DNA of 38,690 nt, taken from NCBI GenBank assembly GCA_964446015.1, contig CAYUMT010000001.1, positions 1 to 38,690 on the forward strand, given 5' to 3'. Position 1 is the stretch's first letter. Each line of letters starts with the position of its first letter. The translations under genes and the position numbers were made by a program. This stretch comes from Candidatus Hadarchaeota archaeon (GTDB lineage Archaea > Hadarchaeota > Hadarchaeia > Hadarchaeales > Hadarchaeaceae). The notes under the pieces are model-generated. The model ran no database searches, had not been told where the DNA came from, and saw only the letters and a program-made list of their open reading frames with translations. Positions 1 to 7,204 of the stretch are shown in pieces.

Positions 1-47
1 ATGGCAATTAAAAGAACTTGCCCGATAGTCCATACTCCCAGCATCAT
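1..47 (-). CDS. Possible 5' end of a membrane protein gene running off the window (MMLGVWTIGQVLLIA...)
   Basis: ATG at 47/44 on the minus strand, open to the window edge, with a hydrophobic N-terminus and a CTTAAAAA TATA-like box about 20 nt upstream. Too short to verify. Confidence 0.3.
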   Translation of the reverse strand, partial: MMLGVWTIGQVLLIA

Positions 48-304
48 GTTATGAGGCGGCTATTTTTAAGCAAGAATACTGGCGCTCGTTATTGATGGGA
101 GTGCAGCCCAGGGGGGGACGTGCTTGTCGGGATTTAATAGAAGGGCGCGAAGTATCACAAAAGGGTGATGTGTTAAATTTTAACCTTTAGTTCCGAAGTG
201 AGGAAAATTAAGCCAATTCGCGTGAAAGACCACCACTCCGGATTATGTTCCAGATCAGAATAACAAAGTTGAAATTACTCAGGGGTTGAATAGTTAGGGT
301 ATGC

Positions 305-2815
305 TCACCCCTTCTGTATCTCATAAATAATTGCCAACAGTTTCAGTACATTAACAAATCGCTTCGCGAATATATTGCTTCTATCCAATTCTCTCTCGAA
401 TGCTTTCACAACAGAACTGTAAACAGCGTCTTCAGTTATGACACCCTTGGCCAAATCGGTTGCAACGGACTCGAAAGATTTCGCCCCCAGTTTTTCTTCC
501 AGCCTCCTTAAAATCTCATCTTTCAGTTCGTGGCCCTTTAAAATCGCTCTTTCGCCTGATTTAATGTCGTCATTTTCTACTCTAACAAGCTCAAAAATTG
601 ATTTTGTGTCTGTTATCTTTAACAGATTGACATCCCGGTCGAACGTCATTAGGCTGGCTTGCTCTTCCTTGGTAACGTGGTCGCTGGCCAACGTTGCGAC
701 GAAATGAGCTATTTCGTAATCTTTAGTGAACACATTGACAGGCACATTGTCCAGAATACCAAAGCTGTACTCAGAAGGCGTGATTCTTTGGATTACCAGA
801 CCGATGTTAAACGCCTCTTTTGACTTCTTCAATGCTTTTTTCACATCGGCCATAAAGCTATCTCTGAAATCAGTAAACAATTCGCCTTTATCCAGTACAC
901 CAACCCAGGTGCCTTTGGAATATTTCATAAAATCATACTTGGGCTCTACTCCGTATTTTAACTTCACGTCCTCAATCACCATGGAGTCCTTAAGATTCCA
1001 TCTGTCGGCAGGTTGCTTTTCCAGACTCCGTTTTGAAAGAGAATCAATAATGTCTGCCAACCCTCCTTCGAAAGAGCTCGATAGTATCAAATAAGCACCA
1101 AATACCTGCGCGTCAATGGCTTTTTCAATCGTTCCGATTCTTACCTCTTCAAAAGTCTTTTTAACAGCCTCTTTTAGTATTGTAAACTTTTGGACTTTTT
1201 CTATTGCCTCCTCAAGTTTCTTCGTTTTTTCTTCTATTAGGGCTCTGAGATAGTCAGACGTACTGTCGTACCATTTTCCTTCCTTAAGTTCAGCCTGTAA
1301 GAATTCGAATTCTTTATCGCTGCTATCCTTGGCGAACCGCTTTATCAACTCTGAGTTCCTCTTTAATTCTTTTATCGTAACTAAATCTCCGCCCCGTTTT
1401 TTCTTTAATTCATAATATGCGCGAACAATCGCCACGGCTATCGTATCGGTAGAGGCAATTTCACAAGCGGGTTTTCTGAAAGAGATTTCGCTATTGAACT
1501 TTATTGGAATTGAAGCTTTCGCGAAACCATCTAACAACTCCTTCGTGGCAATCTCCGTTTTGAGACAGCTCAGTCCAAATATGTAGCAAAGGGATATAAT
1601 TTGTCTTTCAAAAGAAGTCAGATTATCATCAACGTTCTTTAGAATTAGTTTTAGAGTGGGCTTCGATTCAACCTTCAGGTCATTCCTCTCTAAGAAATCA
1701 CTATAAGTTTGGACATAATCAAGAAGATGTAGTGAATTTGAAATTGTCTTATTTATTTCAGAAAGACTGAAATCTGGTGCTTCCTCTAATACTTCAACTA
1801 GATCGTCCATGCCGTAGGTCAAGGACCCGCTGGCAGGAGTCAATTTGTTACTATTGGCTAAAACGGCCGCTAAGTTTTTCAGCGAATTTTTATTTTCCTT
1901 AATTCTTCTGAAAATTGCACCTGTGTTCTGATCATTGTGTTCTTTGTGCAACAGATTCACAACATCCGGAGTTGCCTTCTCGCCACTGGTCATCTCTGAA
2001 ACTATCTTCTTGATAATTAATGCCTCCCACGTGGCTTCGTCATCAGTTATTTTGGCTTCTGCTGGTGGTGATTCTCTAATTTCGCTGAAGAAGAGCTCGT
2101 CGTTTTCGAAACGAATATTGTAATAATCTAAGGCAGACTGAAATTCCTTAACCTTTCTTTCAAATTTAGTCACAAGACTGATTTCTGCGTAGACTTTGTC
2201 AACTCCGGGAACGGCCTTTGCGACAGACGCGAGGACACTACCAATGGTCTGAGCCAGCTTTTTTAGTCTCGGTACTTTCTCCGCGTAAATCAGCTCTGGG
2301 TTGGAAAAGGACTTCAAACGAGAAACACTTCGCAAAGAGTTGACAGTTTCGTTAAATAGTTGCGAGTCATATCCCAATTCATATTTCACTCGGTAGTATA
2401 CGATTGCAGAAACTACGCCGTAAATAATCAGCAGGGCCACTCTCATGAGGTCATTTGGAACGATGTAGTATACCGAGGCAAGTACGAGGAAGAAGAACAC
2501 TATTACGGTGTATTTGAAGTATTCTGTTGCTCTTTCACTCAGTCCGTTTAAAAGATTTTCCACACCATCGCGAGAAGTTGTATAACTCTGACTTATCTCG
2601 TCCTCCAATTTCTTTACCTTTGTGTTCAGCTGGTCGACATTTTGCTTGTTTTGCTGTTCAATGTTCAACACAGTTTTATCCAAATCACCCAGGAAATGTG
2701 TGGCATCTTGATTCGCTTTTTCTGTTTCTTCTTCGATTTCATCCTTTAGCGATTCCAAGTCTGACTTTATTTCGCTCGGTGTCCTGAATTTGGGAGGCTC
2801 GTCAGCCATAGGCAA
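305..2815 (-). CDS. Large hypothetical protein: acidic N-terminal coiled coil, two TM helices, ~690-aa soluble region
   Basis: 836-codon ORF (ATG at 2809 is an alternative start). Heptad-rich N-terminus and hydrophobic segments at about aa 98-118 and 123-143; no recognisable catalytic motif. Confidence 0.85.
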   Translation of the reverse strand: MPMADEPPKFRTPSEIKSDLESLKDEIEEETEKANQDATHFLGDLDKTVLNIEQQNKQNVDQLNTKVKKLEDEISQSYTTSRDGVENLLNGLSERATEYFKYTVIVFFFLVLASVYYIVPNDLMRVALLIIYGVVSAIVYYRVKYELGYDSQLFNETVNSLRSVSRLKSFSNPELIYAEKVPRLKKLAQTIGSVLASVAKAVPGVDKVYAEISLVTKFERKVKEFQSALDYYNIRFENDELFFSEIRESPPAEAKITDDEATWEALIIKKIVSEMTSGEKATPDVVNLLHKEHNDQNTGAIFRRIKENKNSLKNLAAVLANSNKLTPASGSLTYGMDDLVEVLEEAPDFSLSEINKTISNSLHLLDYVQTYSDFLERNDLKVESKPTLKLILKNVDDNLTSFERQIISLCYIFGLSCLKTEIATKELLDGFAKASIPIKFNSEISFRKPACEIASTDTIAVAIVRAYYELKKKRGGDLVTIKELKRNSELIKRFAKDSSDKEFEFLQAELKEGKWYDSTSDYLRALIEEKTKKLEEAIEKVQKFTILKEAVKKTFEEVRIGTIEKAIDAQVFGAYLILSSSFEGGLADIIDSLSKRSLEKQPADRWNLKDSMVIEDVKLKYGVEPKYDFMKYSKGTWVGVLDKGELFTDFRDSFMADVKKALKKSKEAFNIGLVIQRITPSEYSFGILDNVPVNVFTKDYEIAHFVATLASDHVTKEEQASLMTFDRDVNLLKITDTKSIFELVRVENDDIKSGERAILKGHELKDEILRRLEEKLGAKSFESVATDLAKGVITEDAVYSSVVKAFERELDRSNIFAKRFVNVLKLLAIIYEIQKG

Positions 2816-3158
2816 TCTAATAATTCTATAAAAGCCATACCATAAAGAACTTGGCCGCCCCTATGGATTGCTGCTTCTGTTTTTCTCTGTTCAGTTAGCG
2901 CTACAGCGTTCCAGAGGCCCATTGCTTAATCAGCAAGTCCAAGGTCTTGGTCTTCAAATAGTCAGGGTATTCCTATCCATTGCTTAGGTAGCTCTTTTTG
3001 GCGCCATTTTTCCCGCAGTCAGGGGTCAAAATACATGGTTCTTTTATCATTTCTGTTGCTCCCCTCATGCGCGCGAATATCGCGGGGCGCGCCCTAGCGT
3101 TGTCTGGCTAGAGTATTTTAGAGCGAAAGATGAGGAATGTAAGGGATAGGGTGATGAG

Positions 3159-3785
3159 GTGGTCGATGTTCTTAATACCGTGCTTGTATTAGCGAACCTT
3201 GTACTCATCTACTTTGTCTTCCGGCAAGTTCGCCTTGCCTACAAGCCCCTGATAACCACGGCGGTGATTTCAGGGGAAAAGGCGCGGAAAGACGTGTTCA
3301 TCAGACCAGACGTCCTTGAGTCCGGCGTGCTTTACTTGGTCGTCAGCAACATATCTAAGAATACCGCGTCGAACATGAAAATTCGCTGTGAAATTTCTTT
3401 GAAGGGCAAGGACGAAAAACTGGATGAAGAAGACAAGGCTTTGGACTACCTTAATCCTGGCGAGACAACGGCAGAGCCCATGTACTTCGCTAAAAACCTG
3501 CTGGACAAACGCGCGGATTTGTTCGAAAAAAAAGTCACAGCGGAAAGGGCGGAATTAATGATACCGAAGGAGACCTTGTGGCTGATCTTGAACGTAACCG
3601 TGACTTACGGCTTCCGTTTATGGAAACACAAGGTAAGGGACTCATACGAGGTGGAATGGGGATCTCTGAAGAGTTACCCCAATATTAAAGACCATCCCAT
3701 TCTGTGGAGTTGGAACAAGAGAGGCAGACAGTACATTTACAAGTGGGGCGAAAAGAAAAAAGATGATGAACCAGACCTTCGTTAA
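3159..3785 (+). CDS. Hypothetical protein with N-terminal membrane anchor and predicted beta-rich domain
   Basis: GTG start preceded by a GGTGAT RBS; hydrophobic VLNTVLVLANLVLIYFVF segment; 208 aa. Confidence 0.75.
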   Translation: MVDVLNTVLVLANLVLIYFVFRQVRLAYKPLITTAVISGEKARKDVFIRPDVLESGVLYLVVSNISKNTASNMKIRCEISLKGKDEKLDEEDKALDYLNPGETTAEPMYFAKNLLDKRADLFEKKVTAERAELMIPKETLWLILNVTVTYGFRLWKHKVRDSYEVEWGSLKSYPNIKDHPILWSWNKRGRQYIYKWGEKKKDDEPDLR

Positions 3786-3892
3786 CTCCTGTGTCTGAGA
3801 AAATGACGAAAATCGAGGTCGCCGCTCTTTCTTACTCACTCTTTGCTTCCCTGTCCTAAACCACTAAACTATTCTTTTGGCAAGACGTTTGA

Positions 3893-4309
3893 AGCGAGAT
3901 ATTAGATTTGAGGCTTGAGGACGTGGATTTTGAGAAAAGAATGCTTGCCCCGCTTGGCAAGGATTCAAAGACCAAACGGACCTGGTACTCCTTCTTCAAC
4001 GAGGAGGCTCAAGAAGCCTACAGGAAATACCGAAAACAGGGACGACTTACCAATGGCCTCTTGTTTGAGGGTACGGGACATACAAACGGAGTCTTCAAGA
4101 AAGCAAGCGAGAAAACGGGGGTAAAGGTAACTCCTCAAACGTTGCGCGACTGGTTCTGCTCCGAGATGGGCGAGTTGGGAGTCGCGGATAGATACGTGGA
4201 TGCGTTCTGCGGGAGGGTACATCGTTCAGTTTTAGCGAGGCGTTACACCGACTTCAGTCCTGAACGGTTGAAGCGGATTTACGAGAAAGCAGGGTTGAGG
4301 GTTCTATGA
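3893..4309 (+). pseudogene. Tyrosine recombinase/integrase, C-terminal fragment (archaeal SSV-like family)
   Basis: SEILDLRLEDVDF (post-box-I), TPQTLRDWF (HxxR equivalent) and GRVHRSVLARRYTDFSPERLKRIY (catalytic Tyr region). An in-frame TGA at 3890-3892 replaces the box-I GLR catalytic Arg. Confidence 0.85.
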
Positions 4310-4399
4310 TTGGGCAATATTCACTTTCTACTCCCCAGAACCAAAATTAACTCCTCAATCCTTTTTAACGGCGGAAGAGAAATAACTAAGGGACAAACC

Positions 4400-5125
4400 T
4401 TGACGAACGGCGGGCCTATTAAAGAGGTTCGAGGGCGCAACGGCTTAGTCATTGATTTCAACAAACAAAAGATTTTCGGCTCCGTCTTTAGAGTGGTAAA
4501 AAACCTAAATGCAGCTAAAGACCTTTCAGATAAAGTTGTAAGAATTCTTGAGCTAAAGTATCAGGCAAAGCCCCCCACACTTATGGATATTCGCCATGTC
4601 GTCAATGAAGTTTTGATTGAATATACAATCCAGAGACCTATACGTCGTCGGTTAAATCATCCTCCAAGAGGTGAGCGATATATTAGAGGGACGCGGATGG
4701 TATGGAGTTTTGAATACAATGGATGGATAGATCCAGACGCGCATGGGCCTCCAGGGGCAAGGTATAGACCCGCAGTTTACAGGGATAGAACGTCTTCAAA
4801 ATTACACAATATGTGGCGGAAACAAGAACAGTTGGAAGAGTTGAGACGAAAATATGGGGGCTTTTGTGCCGCTGGAGGCAAAGCGTTGAAATACGAAGAA
4901 TTGGAAGCAATAGATAATCATTACTCTTTAAAAGAAGGGGATAGTCTAGCTGAAGAGCTGGTTTCAAAAGGTTATTTATTCAGGGAAGCTATGGAAAGAA
5001 AAAAATTTTTCTTTTTCACGGAATTAAGAAATAGATACGAGTTGACAAAAAAAGGAGAATCTGTGAACAGCTATACGAGTTTTCTGAAACTTCTTGCAGG
5101 AAGTCGCATATCATGGCTCCTGTAG
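4400..5125 (+). CDS. ATP-cone domain protein with C-terminal winged-helix-like region
   Basis: IKEVRGRNGLVIDFNKQKIFGSV...TLMDIRHVVNEVLIE matches the ATP-cone pattern; EELVSKGYL...RYELTKKG is a wHTH wing motif. Start set at TTG 4400 (AAGGGA RBS, TTTTAA box at ~4363). Confidence 0.75.
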   Translation: MTNGGPIKEVRGRNGLVIDFNKQKIFGSVFRVVKNLNAAKDLSDKVVRILELKYQAKPPTLMDIRHVVNEVLIEYTIQRPIRRRLNHPPRGERYIRGTRMVWSFEYNGWIDPDAHGPPGARYRPAVYRDRTSSKLHNMWRKQEQLEELRRKYGGFCAAGGKALKYEELEAIDNHYSLKEGDSLAEELVSKGYLFREAMERKKFFFFTELRNRYELTKKGESVNSYTSFLKLLAGSRISWLL

Positions 5126-5546
5126 ATAAGAATTCTTGAACGTCTCAGCGCGGGCGTCGTCATGCGCGCAAACTTGGAGAACCGGTGGGGAAAGAAGCTC
5201 GTCCTGTACTGGGTCCGCGAGTTGGGCGAGGGCGCCTTCCACCGAGCGCTCATCGAGCACGCCCTGGCCCTGTTTGCAGAGTTAAGTCGAGACGCTGCCA
5301 GAGAAAAAGTACGCTGACGTGGCAATCAAATAGGGCAGGGCGCACGTCGCCATCGAGTGCGAGAGCGGTTTGAAACACGATTTGACAAAGTTCGCCGCGG
5401 AATGCAGAAAACGCCTGCGGGTTTTTGGCACGGTGTGGGTGGTACCGAGCGCGTCCGAGAAGTTGCGCTACGCGTCTGCACTAAAAGCTGTGAACGTGGA
5501 CGTGATGACGCTGCAGGAACTGGCGGTAAGGCTGTCTAAAAAGTGA
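5126..5546 (+). pseudogene. Disrupted PD-(D/E)xK-like domain remnant
   Basis: Frame 1 ...GEGAFHRALIEHALALFAEL...REK joins by a +1 shift at the A-run 5304-5308 to YADVAIK*GRAHVAIECESGLKHD...; internal TAG at 5331-5333, final TGA at 5544-5546. Confidence 0.55.
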
Positions 5547-5751
5547 AGGCTTTTGGGACTGAGGCGAAGGGCGAGCTCTCGACCCGAGCCTGTCCCGATG
5601 GGTTGAGAAAAGGCGAAGTCCGCACGCGAAAACTGCGACATACCGCCCAGTATGCACGGTTTACGGGGCATACCGCCTTCTCTCTTTAGGGGCGGGCGTA
5701 AGGACGTTTTTCGCCCTTATGACGTCCCCACAAATGCCTATGAAATTCTGA

Positions 5752-5979
5752 TTATCCCCTAATTACTCCTTTTCCGTTACATGTTGGACACGGTAAAGTT
5801 CTTTCTCCGCCACATCTTGGGCACGTTATCTTCTGCCATGTCATGGAATGAAATATGTCTGGTTGCTTCTCTACAATTCCCGTCCCGTTGCATTGAGGAC
5901 ACCTCAAACGTTTATTACCATGGCATTGAGGACAGTTCTTAGCAAGCCAGCCCGGAGGCGCGATTTTCCATTCATCCAT
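5752..5979 (-). CDS. Small stand-alone DnaJ-type cysteine-rich zinc finger protein (75 aa)
   Basis: Four CxxCxG repeats (CPQCHG, CPQCNGTG, CPRCGG, CPTCNGKG); ATG at 5979 with a GGTGA RBS. Confidence 0.85.
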   Translation of the reverse strand: MDEWKIAPPGWLAKNCPQCHGNKRLRCPQCNGTGIVEKQPDIFHSMTWQKITCPRCGGERTLPCPTCNGKGVIRG

Positions 5980-6115
5980 TTCTTCACCATAAAAATTACG
6001 ACTAATAAAATATTTATACGTATTCATTCTATGGCTCTTTAAATTGGGCGACTTTAGCAAAAGCGGCGGTTTGGCGGAAGGGGCGAAAACAGACCGCGAA
6101 ACCCGCACGCCGGGG

Positions 6116-6658
6116 CTAGCGTGTTAGTGGTCGTCTGCAAACAGGGCAGGAGTAATTTTTCACATCAGTATGAAGATAGTATGGTGCTTGGCAATCTCGG
6201 TATCCGCATCGGGTTAAACCGAGTCCAGTAGGCGTTTGTCTCAAAACTGGAATCCAAGCTTCGTAAGATCTGACCACCCGTGTTATGTAGTCTCTATGTT
6301 CTTGCGAGGAAAAATCATAGAGCATATAGTGATGCAGAAAGGGGACAGGAAACGGTATTGGTGCAGACTGAATTGGTTCAAACACCCATATCTCCTTTGG
6401 CGGTTGAATACTTGCAGCCGCCCCCGTTTCGAACCCGACCCATATTTTAGTGGCGGGTTCTCTTGTAATGTTTGGTCCAAGCAATACAAAGAGAGCATCA
6501 GAGGTGCGAATCTGATTTAGAATAAAGTTGGCTGCTGGCGGCTCGTACCTCTCGAACTCGAGCCTGACGGACCTAACATAGCGACCAGAAAAGATTTCGT
6601 CAAAGAACTTTCTGATGTCTTGGTCATACTGACTGTGAGATATAAAAATCTGTGGTAC
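6116..6658 (-). CDS. TIR-like domain (ThsB/MTH538-type fold) protein with C-terminal Zn ribbon
   Basis: IFISHS first strand, IRTSDALFVLLG, WVGFETGAA (catalytic-Glu motif WxxxE), C-terminal CGYRDC...CPVC. The domain starts at GTA 6658; the nearest canonical start is TTG 6832. Confidence 0.75.
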   Translation of the reverse strand, partial: VPQIFISHSQYDQDIRKFFDEIFSGRYVRSVRLEFERYEPPAANFILNQIRTSDALFVLLGPNITREPATKIWVGFETGAAASIQPPKEIWVFEPIQSAPIPFPVPFLHHYMLYDFSSQEHRDYITRVVRSYEAWIPVLRQTPTGLGLTRCGYRDCQAPYYLHTDVKNYSCPVCRRPLTR

Positions 6659-6999
6659 GTTATCCCCTATTGTGTTTGGGTTTCTCTTAGCTCTTAAGCT
6701 GCGTGTGGGAGAAGGGGCGTGATATTCCTCACCGGGAACTGCAATCTGAAGTGCTAATGCGTTTAATGGAAAAATCCTGCTCGAAAAGGCTGTTTTGAAC
6801 TCCGATAACCAAAGCTGGCGAGGGAGAGGCAATTATCCACTTTGAAAAAGGAAGGTGTTCCCCGTTAGCCCAAATTTGGGCGAACGGGAAGGCGAGGGTT
6901 GCGTCCCACTTTTTCATCGCCCTTCGGAACAGCTCATCGCTCTCTTCCAGTTTTCTTTCCTCTGCCCTTTTTTCGAATAAGAGGGTGCGTGATATCATG

Positions 7000-7159
7000 A
7001 AAAAAGCCGTGGGCCCACATCCTCACGGGTCAACCATCGCCTCCGCTTTCGTCTGAAGGGCAATTCATTAGGCCTGGAGTCCCCCGCCAGCGGGTCAAAA
7101 AAGCTGTTTTTGCCTTACACGGCCCCAAAGTTTTAGGGCCAAGCTACCCCACGGCCCCC
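7000..7159 (-). ncRNA. Candidate structured ncRNA or decayed tRNA-Pro/att remnant
   Basis: Starts GGGGCCGTGGGGTAGCTTGG like archaeal tRNA-Pro. The 5' and 3' ends are complementary (GCCGTGGG/CCCACGGC), with internal hairpins, an upstream CTTTTAC box and a downstream T6. There is no T-arm or CCA-side acceptor strand. Confidence 0.4.
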
Positions 7160-7204
7160 GCCTAATTCTGAACTCTAAAGGTAAAAGCTTGAATGAAAAA
7201 AGGC

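Larger units (their letters stand above)
1..7160. mobile_element. Decayed integrated element / accessory island (left boundary outside the window)
   Basis: Contains a truncated tyrosine integrase, a second pseudogene and orphan/defence-like cargo genes in mixed orientations, with patchy GC content. A tRNA-Pro-like 5' fragment lies at the junction with core gene cdc6. Confidence 0.65.

Noticed and set aside
2816-3158. CCATTGCTTA direct repeat and GC palindromes; possible integron attC site or gene remnant
   Set aside because: Only two 10-nt copies, no paired R-box/L-box structure, and the integrase fragment shows no integron-integrase features.
5331-5333. Pyrrolysine read-through of the in-frame TAG
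   Set aside because: The same remnant also has a frameshift and no clear start, so decay is the simpler explanation; there are no pyl genes in the window.
6836-6856. ORB-like TCCACTTTGAAAAAGGAAGG; also GTTCCAGTAGATAAACAGGG at ~17736
   Set aside because: Single, imperfect copies with wrong spacing or a mismatch, and no inverted partner around an AT-rich unwinding element.
6729-6998. 89-aa minus-strand ORF between the structured element and the TIR gene
   Set aside because: No RBS or recognisable motif, and it crosses hairpin-rich sequence; it cannot be supported.
7040-7075. Hammerhead-like CTAATGA...CGAAA and fluoride-riboswitch-like GGCGATGG/CTAATGA on the minus strand
   Set aside because: The hammerhead core lacks the conserved G of CUGA and a stem II, and the riboswitch motifs are in the wrong order.
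7000-7159. SRP RNA, RNase P RNA or a complete tRNA
   Set aside because: There is a TGTAA between two hairpins (Alu-like), but no SRP helix 8 motif, no RNase P P4 strands and no T-arm, and the element is too short for SRP or RNase P RNA.
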